Assembly (NCBI GenBank): GCA_041496385.1
Contig: JBGQEL010000006.1
Span: forward strand, 26,380 to 90,379
Source: Candidatus Methylomirabilia bacterium
Lineage (GTDB): Bacteria; Methylomirabilota; Methylomirabilia; Rokubacteriales; CSP1-6
Direction: 5' to 3'
Length of the DNA: 64,000 nucleotides
In this document: one piece after another, positions 30,589 to 39,805 of the stretch
How positions within the stretch are numbered: the stretch's first letter is position 1
How the letters are laid out: each line of letters begins with the position of its first letter
Notes under the pieces: generated by a model
Seen by the model: the letters and a program-made list of their open reading frames with translations, nothing else
Databases searched by the model: none
What the model was told of the DNA's origin: nothing
Translations under genes and position numbers: made by a program

Positions 30589-31452
30589 ATGACGACGATA
30601 GACACCGTACTGCGGCGGTCGCTCGAGGGCCGCGGCGGCGACTTCGTGCTCACCCTCGATGGGGCGTTCCAGGGCCTGCCCGAGACGGCGCACGGTGGTT
30701 CGGTGCTCGCGGCATTCGACGCGCTCGCGGACCTGACCGCGCCCCGCGCGGTCAGCGGCGTCTACCGCAAGCGCGTGCCGCTCGGCACGCCGCTCCGGCT
30801 CGCCGTGGGCCGCGACGACGGCGCCCACACGTTCGTCCTGCGCGACAAGGACTCGGTGCTGGTCGACGGCCGTGTCGCGCCGGCAGCGGACGACGGCGGG
30901 CCGGTGATGCGGCATCCCCTCGGCGAACGCCGCATCCCCGGCGCGGGGCATTCGCTGCCCCTCTCGCACACGTGTTTCGCGTGTGGCGTCGACAATCCGC
31001 TCGGGCTGCGCGTACGGCTCGAGTTCGACGAGTCCGAGGTCCGCGGCGCGTGGGAGCCGCGCGAGAACTTCCGCGCGGCCGGCGGCGCGCTCGCGACGGC
31101 GGCGCTCACGACGCTGCTCGACGAGGCCGCGTTCTGGCTCGGCGCGCTCGCCAGCGGCGAGTCGGGCATGACGACCGACCTCCGCGTCTCGCTCGGGGGT
31201 CCGGTCCCGTTCGGCGCCGCGCTCGTCGTTCGCGGCGACCGCGCCGCGGTCCGCCCGCACCCCGACGACGGCCGCTACTGGGACACCGAGGTCGTCGCCG
31301 CGACGGCGGACGGCCGGCCCGTCGCCTCGGCCCGGGTCACCTTCGTCGCCGTGCGGGGCGCCGCCCGGCGCCTCGTCACGGGCCTCCTGGCGATGAACGA
31401 CCCGGACGTGCTGCGCCGGGTCTTTCCCGCGTACGTCCCGGCGCGCGCGTGA
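30589..31452 (+). CDS. Double-hotdog thioesterase-like protein
   Basis: QG....HGG, CFACG.DNP.GL, LLDE. Confidence 0.75.
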   Translation: MTTIDTVLRRSLEGRGGDFVLTLDGAFQGLPETAHGGSVLAAFDALADLTAPRAVSGVYRKRVPLGTPLRLAVGRDDGAHTFVLRDKDSVLVDGRVAPAADDGGPVMRHPLGERRIPGAGHSLPLSHTCFACGVDNPLGLRVRLEFDESEVRGAWEPRENFRAAGGALATAALTTLLDEAAFWLGALASGESGMTTDLRVSLGGPVPFGAALVVRGDRAAVRPHPDDGRYWDTEVVAATADGRPVASARVTFVAVRGAARRLVTGLLAMNDPDVLRRVFPAYVPARA

Positions 31453-31462
31453 CGGGTCCCGC

Positions 31463-32758
31463 GTGACGCTCCGGAGCGCGCGCTGGCTCATGCTCGCCGT
31501 CCCCGCGTCGCTCTACGTCTTCTCCTGGGTCCACCGCGTCGCCCCCGCGGTCGTGGCGACCGACCTGATGCGCGCGTTCGCGATCACCGCCGCCTCGCTC
31601 GGCAGCCTCGCCGCCATCTATCCCTACGTGTTCGCCGCGATGGCGCTCGTCGCGGGGAGCCTCGCCGACACGCTGGGGCCACGCTGGACGATCGCGGCGG
31701 GCGGCGTGACGATGGGCGGCGGCGCGGTCGTCTTCGGGCTGGCGCCGACCTTCGACGTCGCCTTCGCCGGACGGCTCCTCGTCGGGCTCGGCGCCTCGGT
31801 GCTGCTCGTGGCCTGGCTGAGCCTCGCCTCGGCCTGGTTCCGCCCCGACGAGTTCGCGACGATCTCGGGCTGGACGCAGACGGTCGGCAACGTCGGCGCG
31901 CTCGCCGCGGCCTCGCCGCTCGCGCTCCTCGTGGAGGCCCTGGGCTGGCGTCAGACGTTCGTCATGATCGGGGGCGTGACGCTGGTGCTCGCCGTCGTCG
32001 CCGCCGGGCTCATCCGCGACCGGCCCGAGGCGCTGGGGCTGCCGCCCGTCAACACCGAGCGCGCCGGCCGGGCCGCCTCGCTCCGCGACGTGCTTCGCGG
32101 CGTGCCCGCCGTCGTCGCGAACCGGCGCACGTGGCCCCCGATCCTCGCGGCCGGCGGCGTCTACACGACGCTGATCACCTTCCTCGGGCTCTGGGGCGTG
32201 CCGTATCTGACGCAGGTCTACGGCCTCACGCGCGTGAACGCGGCCACCGTCGTCTCGATGCTCGCCGTCGGCATGGGCGTGGGCTCGCCGGTCGCCGGCT
32301 GGCTCTCCGATCGCAAGCTCCGGCGCCGGCGCCTGCCGATGCTCGTCTTCGCCGCGGTCTACGCGGCCTGCTGGGCGCCGCTCGCGCTCTCCGCCACGAC
32401 GCGTCTGCCCGCGCCGCTCCTGATCCCGTTCTTTCTCGTGATGGGCTTCGCCTCGTCGGGCCTCGTCCTCGTCTGGAGCTGCGTCCGGGAGGTCAACAAC
32501 CCCGCGCTCGTCGGCATCGCCGTCGGCTTCTGCAACATGCCCATCTTCCTCGGCTTCGCGTTGCTCCAGTGGCTGACCGGTGTCATCCTCGACGCGAACT
32601 GGAGTGGGCTCATGGCGGGCGGCGCGCGGCTCTATCCGCCGGCGGCGTACCAGGCGGCCTTCGGTGTCTGCCTCGCCCTCGCCGCGGGCGCCGTGCTCGC
32701 CGCCACGCTCATCACCGAAACGCACGGCCGCAACGTCTGGGCGCCGGCCCGGCACTAG
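31463..32758 (+). CDS. MFS transporter
   Basis: G.LAD.LGPR, GR.LVG.G, GWLSDR. Confidence 0.9.
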   Translation: MTLRSARWLMLAVPASLYVFSWVHRVAPAVVATDLMRAFAITAASLGSLAAIYPYVFAAMALVAGSLADTLGPRWTIAAGGVTMGGGAVVFGLAPTFDVAFAGRLLVGLGASVLLVAWLSLASAWFRPDEFATISGWTQTVGNVGALAAASPLALLVEALGWRQTFVMIGGVTLVLAVVAAGLIRDRPEALGLPPVNTERAGRAASLRDVLRGVPAVVANRRTWPPILAAGGVYTTLITFLGLWGVPYLTQVYGLTRVNAATVVSMLAVGMGVGSPVAGWLSDRKLRRRRLPMLVFAAVYAACWAPLALSATTRLPAPLLIPFFLVMGFASSGLVLVWSCVREVNNPALVGIAVGFCNMPIFLGFALLQWLTGVILDANWSGLMAGGARLYPPAAYQAAFGVCLALAAGAVLAATLITETHGRNVWAPARH

Positions 32759-32777
32759 GGAAGGGAGAATCTCGCGC

Positions 32778-34106
32778 ATGCTCCGGATGCGTCACCTGTC
32801 GATCGCGCTGCTCCTGGTGCTGCTCATGGCGACGCGCGGCCTCGCCGCCGACGCGCCGCCGCCGATCGTGTTCGTCCACGGCAACGGCGACAGCGCCGCG
32901 CTCTGGATCACGACGATCTGGCGGTTCGAGTCCAACGGCTACGATCCGTCGCGGCTCTTCGCGATGAACTTCCCGAATCCCGTGTCGCGGAGCGACGACA
33001 CCAAGCCACAGCCGAACCGGAGCGGCACCGCCGACCAGCTCGCCGCGCTCGCGGCGAGGATCGCCGAGATCCGGGCCTCGACCGGCGCGCCGCGCGTGGC
33101 CCTCATGGGCAGCTCGCGCGGCGGCAACTCGATCCGGAACTTCATCAGGAACGCGGGCGGCGCGGCCGTCGTGTCGCACGTCGTGCTCTGCGGCGTCCCG
33201 AACCACGGCGTCTGGGCGACGGACCGGGACCTCAACAACGAGTTCAACGGCCGCGGACCGTTCCTGGCGGGGCTCAACGCCGGTGACGAGATCCAGCCGG
33301 GCGTCCGCTTCATGACGATCCGCAGCGACCTGAACGACAAGTACGCCCAACCCGACGGGCGGTTCATCGGCCGGCCCGGCGAGCCGACCAACGTGACCGC
33401 CGAGGGCCCGGAGCTGCGCGGCGCCACGAACGTCGTGCTGCGCGGCCTCGATCACCGCGAGGTCGCCTTCCACCGCCTCGCGTTCAAGAAGATGTACGCG
33501 TTCATCACGAATCGCGAGCCGGAGCGGCTCAGCATCGCCCCGGAGCCGCGGCCGGTGCTGACCGGCACGGTCAGCGGCTGGGCCGATCGGGCGCCGACGA
33601 ACCTGCCGCTCGCGGGCGCGACGGTGGAGATCTTCCAGGTGGACCCGGCGTCGGGCCGGCGCCTGGGCGAGGTGGTCCACCGGCAGACGACGGGCGCCGC
33701 CGGTGTCTGGGGGCCCTTCGCCGCGGCGGACGAGGCCTACTACGAGTTCGTGATCGTCGCCGCCGGGTACCCGACGACGCACGTCTACCGGACGCCGTTT
33801 CCGCGCTCGAGCCGCCACGTCCACCTGCGCCTCCGGCCGCTGGACGAGAGCGAGCGGGGCGCCGGCAGCGTCGTGACGCTGACGCGGCCGCGCGGCTATC
33901 TCGGCCACGGGCGCGACACGTTCACGATCGACGGCAAGGTGCCCGACGGCGTACCCGCGGGCGTGCCGACCGCGTCGGAGGCGAGGGCGCGCTTCCCCGA
34001 GAGCCCGCCGCGCTCCGTGCGCGTGGTGCTGAACGGCGAGGCGCTCGGCGTGCTCACCTACCCGCTGGACGGCGGGCACGTGGTCATCGCCGAGTTCCAT
34101 CGCTAG
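32778..34106 (+). CDS. Secreted alpha/beta hydrolase (lipase-like) with C-terminal beta domain
   Basis: Signal peptide, PIVFVHG, GSSRGG, PNHG, LDH. Confidence 0.8.
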   Translation: MLRMRHLSIALLLVLLMATRGLAADAPPPIVFVHGNGDSAALWITTIWRFESNGYDPSRLFAMNFPNPVSRSDDTKPQPNRSGTADQLAALAARIAEIRASTGAPRVALMGSSRGGNSIRNFIRNAGGAAVVSHVVLCGVPNHGVWATDRDLNNEFNGRGPFLAGLNAGDEIQPGVRFMTIRSDLNDKYAQPDGRFIGRPGEPTNVTAEGPELRGATNVVLRGLDHREVAFHRLAFKKMYAFITNREPERLSIAPEPRPVLTGTVSGWADRAPTNLPLAGATVEIFQVDPASGRRLGEVVHRQTTGAAGVWGPFAAADEAYYEFVIVAAGYPTTHVYRTPFPRSSRHVHLRLRPLDESERGAGSVVTLTRPRGYLGHGRDTFTIDGKVPDGVPAGVPTASEARARFPESPPRSVRVVLNGEALGVLTYPLDGGHVVIAEFHR

Positions 34107-34109
34107 CGG

Positions 34110-34955
34110 CTACGCCTTGAGGTGCCTGTCGAAGAAGGCGGTGCAGCGCTTCCAGCCGTCCTCCGCGGCCTCCTTCTTGTAGACCTGCGGCCGGTCGTCC
34201 GAGAAGAACGCGTGGGGCGCGCCCTCGTAGAGCACGAACTCGACGTTCTTGTTGGTCTTGCGCAGCTCGGCCTCGAAGCGCTTGACGTCCTCGCTCGGGA
34301 TGCCTTGATCGGCCGCGCCGTAGAGGCCGAGCACGGGCATGGTGAGCTTCGCCGTGAGGCTGAACGCGTCCACGCCCGGCGCGTCGGGATAGGTGCGCTT
34401 GACGTGGCCGTACCACGGCACCGCCGCGGCGACGCCGGGATACTCGCCCGAGAAGTGGAGCGTGAGCGCGCCGCCGCCGCAGAAGCCGGTGACGCCGACG
34501 CGCTCGGGGCGCGCCCAGGCCTGCTGTTTGGCGTAGTCGCCCGCGGCGGCGATGTCGCCGAGGTACTGCTTGCGCGTGACGCTGCCCGAGATCTTGGCCA
34601 TCTCGGGCTGGGCCTTGCCCTGCATCCCGCCCTCGCGGTGGTAGAGCTCGGGCGCGATAGCATAGAAGCCGGCGTGGGCGAAGCGGCGGACGACGTCCTT
34701 GTGGTGCTCGGACATGCCGGTGAAGCCCGAGATCGCGACCACGATCGGGTAGCGCCCCTGCTTCTCGGGCCGCGCGTCGTACGCCGGGATCATCGTGCCG
34801 CCGACGTTGAGCTGGATGTCGCGCGCGGTGATGCCCTTGGTGTCGGTGCTGATCGCCTGCGCCAGCGAGATGCCCGGCGTGAGCACGCCGCCGACCGTGG
34901 TGAACGCGCCGAACTTCAGGACTTCCCGGCGACTCAGCGGATTGGTAGCAGCCAT
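34110..34955 (-). CDS. Dienelactone hydrolase family protein, Tat-exported
   Basis: SRREVLK Tat motif, GFCGGG, G..D, HAF. Confidence 0.9.
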   Translation of the reverse strand: MAATNPLSRREVLKFGAFTTVGGVLTPGISLAQAISTDTKGITARDIQLNVGGTMIPAYDARPEKQGRYPIVVAISGFTGMSEHHKDVVRRFAHAGFYAIAPELYHREGGMQGKAQPEMAKISGSVTRKQYLGDIAAAGDYAKQQAWARPERVGVTGFCGGGALTLHFSGEYPGVAAAVPWYGHVKRTYPDAPGVDAFSLTAKLTMPVLGLYGAADQGIPSEDVKRFEAELRKTNKNVEFVLYEGAPHAFFSDDRPQVYKKEAAEDGWKRCTAFFDRHLKA

Positions 34956-35040
34956 TCGCGCTCTCCTTTAAACGGGTCCGCGAGCACGGCGCGGACCGTG
35001 GGTGGCCTGAGAAAGATGCTGGTGGCTCCGTCCCTCCAAG

Positions 35041-35066
35041 AACGATCGATCGTATGTCCGGGTTCC
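35041..35066 (-). promoter_or_regulatory. Candidate ECF sigma promoter
   Basis: Minus-strand GGAAC-N17-CGTT upstream of the DLH gene. Confidence 0.45.
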
Positions 35067-35083
35067 CGGCGGGCAGGCCGGCC

Positions 35084-36229
35084 CTACCGCAGGGCGCGGA
35101 AGAACGCGCGCACGTCGGCCGCCAGCGCCTCGGGCTCCTCGAGCGCGGCGAAGTGGCCGCCGGCCTGCATGACCGTCCAGCGGCGGATGTCGTACGTCCG
35201 CTCGGCCCAGGCGCGCGGCGGCAGCAGTATCTCGCGCGGGAACGCGGCGTAGGCCGTGGGCACCGTGACGCGCTTGCCGTCGGGCAGCGGCCACGGGCGG
35301 TGCAGGCGCGCGTAGTAGGGCCAGAACGAGGAGTTGATCGCGCCGGTCACCCAGTAGAGCGTCACGTTGGTGAGGAGCGTGTCCTTCGAGAAGCGGCGCT
35401 CGACATCGCCGCCGCAGTCGCTCCAGGTCCGGAACTTCTCGACGATCCACGCGGCGAGCCCGACGGGCGAGTCGGTGAGGCCGTAGGCGAGCGTCTGCGG
35501 CTTCGTCCCCTGGATCCACTGGTACCCCGTCTCCTCGCGCAGCCAGCGCTGGAGCTGCTCCATGTACGCGCGCTCCTCGTCGCTCGGGTTCGCGGGCGCC
35601 TCCGGGTCGCGGCGGACTGCGAGGAGGTTCACGTGAATGCCGGCGAGCCGTTCGGGGTACGCGAGCCCGAGCCGCGAGGTGACGAAGGCGCCCCAGTCCC
35701 CGCCCTGCGCGGCGAAGCGGCGATAGCCGAGGACATCGGTCATGAGAGCGGCGAAGACGTCGGCCATCTCCTCCACGCCGAAGCGCGGCTGGTTCGGCTT
35801 GAACGAGAACCCGTACCCGGGCAGCGAGGGCGCGACGACCGTGAAGGCGTCGGCGGGGTCGCCGCCGAAGCGCGCGGGGTCGGTCAGCATGGGGATGATC
35901 CGCTCGAACTCCACGATGGACCCGGGCCAGCCGTGCGAGAGCAGCAGCGGCATCGGGTTCGGTCCCACGCCGGGCTCGTGGATGAAGTGGAGGTCGATCT
36001 CACCCAGCTCGACCGTGAATTGCTTGAGCCGGTTGAGCCGCGCCTCGTGGACGCGCCAGTCGTACCGCGCGCGCCAGTACTCGACCAGCTCCTTCATGTA
36101 GGCCAGGCTCGTGCCGTAGCGCCAGCCCGCCTCCGGCGGCTCGTCGGGCCAGCGCACGCGCTCGAGCCGGCCGCGAAGATCGGCCAGCACCGCGTCGGGC
36201 ACCTGGATGCTGAACGGTCGCGGCGTCAC
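35084..36229 (-). CDS. Epoxide hydrolase (EHN family)
   Basis: YDWR..E, HGWPGS, PSLPGYGFS, QGGDWG, GGHFAA.E.P. Confidence 0.93.
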   Translation of the reverse strand: MTPRPFSIQVPDAVLADLRGRLERVRWPDEPPEAGWRYGTSLAYMKELVEYWRARYDWRVHEARLNRLKQFTVELGEIDLHFIHEPGVGPNPMPLLLSHGWPGSIVEFERIIPMLTDPARFGGDPADAFTVVAPSLPGYGFSFKPNQPRFGVEEMADVFAALMTDVLGYRRFAAQGGDWGAFVTSRLGLAYPERLAGIHVNLLAVRRDPEAPANPSDEERAYMEQLQRWLREETGYQWIQGTKPQTLAYGLTDSPVGLAAWIVEKFRTWSDCGGDVERRFSKDTLLTNVTLYWVTGAINSSFWPYYARLHRPWPLPDGKRVTVPTAYAAFPREILLPPRAWAERTYDIRRWTVMQAGGHFAALEEPEALAADVRAFFRALR

Positions 36230-36600
36230 TTCGGGCTCCCCGCGCCCTGCTTGGCGGCGGCCACCCACGCCTGCCAGTCCTCGGGCGCATGTCCGATCGC
36301 CACGCGCGGGCCGCAGCGCACGAGCGGCGTCCTGAGCAGCCGCGGCTCCGTAAGCGCGCGCTCCAGGAGGCGCTCCGGCGAATCGCCCGCGACGCGCAGG
36401 CCGAGCGCCTTGAAGCGCGGGTTCCCGCGGTCGATCAGCGCGGCGGCGCCGAACTTCTCGGCGAATCGCCGCAGCTCGCCGCGCGCCGCCGGGCGCTCTT
36501 TCATATCGACGAAGTGCACGGAGACGCCGCGCTCCTTGAAGAAGCGCTGGGCCTTGCGCGTCTCCTGGCAATCCGTGAAGCCAAAGATCTGGGCTCTCAT
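36226..36600 (-). CDS. ArsC/Spx-family protein
   Basis: C..TRKA.RFF.ER, P.LLRTPLV. Confidence 0.85.
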   Translation of the reverse strand: MRAQIFGFTDCQETRKAQRFFKERGVSVHFVDMKERPAARGELRRFAEKFGAAALIDRGNPRFKALGLRVAGDSPERLLERALTEPRLLRTPLVRCGPRVAIGHAPEDWQAWVAAAKQGAGSPK

Positions 36601-37430
36601 CGGAGAGATTCGACCCGGCTGCGTAGCTCCTGCCAGACGCTTTCCGGTACCTGCTGCGTCCCCGGGTGCTGGGCGCGGCTGACCTGCGGGCCGTGGAAGT
36701 CGGAGCCGCCCGTCGCGACGAGGCCGAGCCGCGCGCACATATCCTTGTACGCCGCCGTCTGCGCCGACGAGTGCTCGGGATAGTAGGTCTCGATACCCAT
36801 GAGGCCGGCCTCCACCAGCTCCGGGATCAGCGCGTCGCGATCGGCAAGCCCCGGGTGCGCCAGCACGGGCACGCCGCGCGCCCGGCGGATGACGCGCACG
36901 GCCTCCACGGGCGTGAGCCGCCGGCGCGGGACGGAGGCGGGGCCGTTCGCGCCCAGGTACTTGTCGAAGGCCTCGCGCACCGTCTTGACGTAGCCGCGAT
37001 CGACCATGACCTGCGCGACGTGCGGCCGGCCGGCCGAGCCTTCCTTCACGAGGGCGAAGACCTCGGCCGGGTCGATCGGCACCCCGAGCTCCGCGAGCCG
37101 CTCGGCGATGCGGTAGACGCGCTGGCGCCGCTCCTCACGCTGCGCCTCGAGGAACTCCTGGAACCATCGCGCCTCCCAGTCCACGCCGTAGCCGAGGATG
37201 TGGATCTCCGCGCCCGGGACGTCGCAGTTGATCTCGAGGCCGGGGACGATCTCGAGCGTCCCGAGCATCCGCGCCTCGTCCATCGCCTCGGGGAGGCCGG
37301 ACGTGGAGTCGTGATCCGTGACGGCGAGGACGCGGACGCCGTGGCGGGCCGCCAGGCGCACCAGCGCGCGCGGCGCCAGCGTCCCGTCGGACGCGGTCGT
37401 GTGCGAGTGCAGGTCGACCGCGCCGCCCAC
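36597..37430 (-). CDS. PHP domain phosphoesterase
   Basis: DLHSHTTASDG, TDHD, RPH, LAHP, GGSDFHG. Confidence 0.92.
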   Translation of the reverse strand: MGGAVDLHSHTTASDGTLAPRALVRLAARHGVRVLAVTDHDSTSGLPEAMDEARMLGTLEIVPGLEINCDVPGAEIHILGYGVDWEARWFQEFLEAQREERRQRVYRIAERLAELGVPIDPAEVFALVKEGSAGRPHVAQVMVDRGYVKTVREAFDKYLGANGPASVPRRRLTPVEAVRVIRRARGVPVLAHPGLADRDALIPELVEAGLMGIETYYPEHSSAQTAAYKDMCARLGLVATGGSDFHGPQVSRAQHPGTQQVPESVWQELRSRVESLR

Positions 37431-37432
37431 GC

Positions 37433-38902
37433 TCAGCTCGAGAGGTACGTCAGCAGCGTGCGGACGGCGGTCCCCGTCGCGCCCTTCGGCGCGAGCGGCA
37501 GATCCTTCTCGGTGAACGCGGGCCCGGCGATGTCCAGGTGCGCCCACGCCATGGCGCCGGCGAACTCCTTCAGGAAGAGGCCGGCCGTGATCGCGCCGCC
37601 GCCCCGCGGGCCGACATTGTTGAGGTCGGCGACGTCGGATTTCAAGCCCTCGCGGTACTCCTCGACCAGCGGCAGCTCCCACAGGTGCTCGCCGGCGGCG
37701 TCGGCGGCGCCGAGGAGGCGTCGGGCGAGGGCGCGGTTGTTAGCCATGAGACCCGCGCAGAGCGGGCCGAGCGCGACGACGCACGCGCCGGTGAGCGTGG
37801 CCATGTCCACCACCTCGTCGGGCTTCACGCGCGCGGCCGCGTAGCAGAGGGCGTCGGCGAGCGTGAGCCGCCCCTCGGCGTCGGTGTTGCCCACCTCGAT
37901 GGTCGTGCCGTTCATCGCGCGCAGCACGTCGCCGGGGCGCGTCGCCGAGCCCGAGGGCATGTTCTCCGTGGCGGCGATGAGCCCGTGCACCTCGACGCCC
38001 GGCTTCAGCGCCGGCAGCGCGCCCATGATCCCCAGCACCGCCGCGGCGCCCGCCATGTCGTACTTCATTCGCAGCATGCCCTCGGCGGTCTTGAGGTCGA
38101 GGCCGCCCGAGTCGAAGGTGACGCCCTTGCCGATGAGCGCCACGCGCTTCTTCTTCCGGCCGGCCGGGACGTAGGTCAGGTGGATGAACTTCGGCGGCTC
38201 GCTGCTCCCGGCGGCGACGCCGAGAAAGGCGCCCATGCCCATCTTGCGGCACTCGGCGCGGTCGAAGACTTTGATGCCGAGCTTTTTCTCTTTCGCCAGG
38301 TCCGCCGCGGCCCTGGCCAGATCGGTCGGGCTCAGGTCCTTCGCGGGCGTGTTGATGAGATCACGCGCCAGCCACGTTCCCCGGGCGAACGCCTCGCCGC
38401 GGCGCGCGCCTTCCGCGACCTCCTTGCCCCGCCGCGCGTCGGCCTCGACCACGCGCAGCTCCTCGACGACGCGCTCGGCCTTCTCGCGCTTGTAGCGGTC
38501 GAAGCTGTAGGTGCCGAGCAGCGCGCCCTCGACGAGCGCCTGGGCGCGCTGCTTCGCGGGCAGCCGCTCGCCCAGCACTTCTGCCGCGACCGTACGCGCG
38601 CCCAGGTCGCGCGCGCGGCGCACGCCGGCAGACGCCGCACGGCGCAGCGTCTCCGCCGAGGTCTCGGCGCGCGGGCCCAGGCCCGTGACGATGACGCGGC
38701 GGCCCAGCGCGTGCACGTGCGAGACCTGCCCGACCTTCGCCGCGAACTTCTCAGCGTCGAGCGCGGCCTTGATCTGGCCGCCCGCCGCGCGATCGAGCCG
38801 CGCCAGCCCCTCCGGCAGCCGCTTGTCCTCCGCGTGGAGCCCGACGACGAGCGCGTCGGCGGCGACTTCCTCCAGCCGTTTCGTGACGATCGCGACCTTC
38901 AC
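37433..38902 (-). CDS. pepA: Leucyl aminopeptidase (M17)
   Basis: GKGVTFDSGG..LK, MKYDMAG, NTDAEGRL, ATLTG. Confidence 0.95.
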   Translation of the reverse strand: MKVAIVTKRLEEVAADALVVGLHAEDKRLPEGLARLDRAAGGQIKAALDAEKFAAKVGQVSHVHALGRRVIVTGLGPRAETSAETLRRAASAGVRRARDLGARTVAAEVLGERLPAKQRAQALVEGALLGTYSFDRYKREKAERVVEELRVVEADARRGKEVAEGARRGEAFARGTWLARDLINTPAKDLSPTDLARAAADLAKEKKLGIKVFDRAECRKMGMGAFLGVAAGSSEPPKFIHLTYVPAGRKKKRVALIGKGVTFDSGGLDLKTAEGMLRMKYDMAGAAAVLGIMGALPALKPGVEVHGLIAATENMPSGSATRPGDVLRAMNGTTIEVGNTDAEGRLTLADALCYAAARVKPDEVVDMATLTGACVVALGPLCAGLMANNRALARRLLGAADAAGEHLWELPLVEEYREGLKSDVADLNNVGPRGGGAITAGLFLKEFAGAMAWAHLDIAGPAFTEKDLPLAPKGATGTAVRTLLTYLSS

Positions 38903-38912
38903 GCGCGGTCTC
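38886..38912. repeat. 27-bp direct repeat, copy 1 (contains the pepA start codon)
   Basis: ACGATCGCGACCTTCACGCGCGGTCTC, identical to 39681-39707. Confidence 0.95.
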
Positions 38913-38939
38913 CTCTCTCGGTGACGAAAGCCCGAACCA

Positions 38940-39365
38940 TCACGCGCCGTGCGCCGACAGGCGCTCGCGGCGCGCAGCGCGATTGAGGCGGGCGTCGAAC
39001 GACAGAAACTCGACCGCTACGCCCGCCGCACGAAGATCCAGGGCCGCGGCGAGCTGAACGGCATCATACCCGCGGAGCGCGTGCCGCTCCGCCAGGGCCC
39101 CTGCCCGCCGCACGAGCGGATCGTTCACGTCGACGACATTGTACGTTCCCCACTCCCGGTCCAGCTCCCCGACCGCCCGCCGGAGTCCGACGGGCGTCAG
39201 ACCGCCCTCACGGCGGTGCCGTGCCAGCGCAGCTCGGGCCTCGGCATACGTCACCCGCACGGTGGCCACGGCCTCGGCGTCGTCGACCCGCGCCATGACC
39301 ATCGGCGTTCCCTTTTCCTCGACGTAGAGCTTTACCGCGGCGCTGGTGTCGAGATAGAGGATCAC
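38940..39365 (-). CDS. vapC: VapC/PIN domain toxin
   Basis: YLDTSA..K.Y..E, E, LRGYDAVQLAAA, D. Confidence 0.9.
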   Translation of the reverse strand: MILYLDTSAAVKLYVEEKGTPMVMARVDDAEAVATVRVTYAEARAALARHRREGGLTPVGLRRAVGELDREWGTYNVVDVNDPLVRRAGALAERHALRGYDAVQLAAALDLRAAGVAVEFLSFDARLNRAARRERLSAHGA

Positions 39366-39646
39366 CGGCGGTCTTCAGCCACGATGTCGGACAGAAGTCG
39401 ACGGGGACGACGTGATCGGACGCGGACCGCGTTTCCGGGCTTGCCGGCGCCCCTCTGGAGCAATCCGCGGGCGGCGAGACGGTCCAGGAGCTCACCTTCC
39501 TTCGAGCGCGGCACGGGCACGAGGCGAGCGACGGGCGCCCGACGACGATCGCCGATGGTGACGGTCGCCCCGCGCGACACGGCGCGGAGATACGCGCTCA
39601 GCCGCGCACGAAGCTCGCGCACGCCGACGACGTCCTTGTAGATCAT
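39362..39646 (-). CDS. Phd/YefM-family antitoxin
   Basis: VGVRELRARLS.YL..V..G..V.I..R..PVARLVP; overlaps the toxin start. Confidence 0.9.
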   Translation of the reverse strand: MIYKDVVGVRELRARLSAYLRAVSRGATVTIGDRRRAPVARLVPVPRSKEGELLDRLAARGLLQRGAGKPGNAVRVRSRRPRRLLSDIVAEDRR

Positions 39647-39681
39647 GTGGTCACCGTATCATCCACTCGTGACCACGTCAA
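39647..39681 (-). promoter_or_regulatory. TA promoter with operator inverted repeat
   Basis: TTGACG-N17-TACGGT; GTGGTCAC-N14-GTGACCAC. Confidence 0.75.
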
Positions 39682-39707
39682 CGATCGCGACCTTCACGCG
39701 CGGTCTC
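39681..39707. repeat. 27-bp direct repeat, copy 2
   Basis: Identical to 38886-38912. Confidence 0.95.
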
Positions 39708-39723
39708 ATCTCATCCGGGCCAG

Positions 39724-39752
39724 AATCTAGCCGGATCATTCCGCTCCGTCAA
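39724..39752 (-). promoter_or_regulatory. Sigma70 promoter, probably the ancestral pepA promoter
   Basis: TTGACG-N17-TAGATT upstream of repeat copy 2. Confidence 0.65.
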
Positions 39753-39805
39753 ATCCGGCCGCTGGGATCGCCGACTGAGGTCAGGGTGACGCGATTCGCC
39801 TCATG

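Noticed and set aside
34975..35035. Glycine riboswitch-like TCTCAGG in the DLH leader
   Set aside because: Other conserved aptamer elements (GGAGA, CCGAAG) are absent and the downstream gene is unrelated; an Rfam scan would settle it
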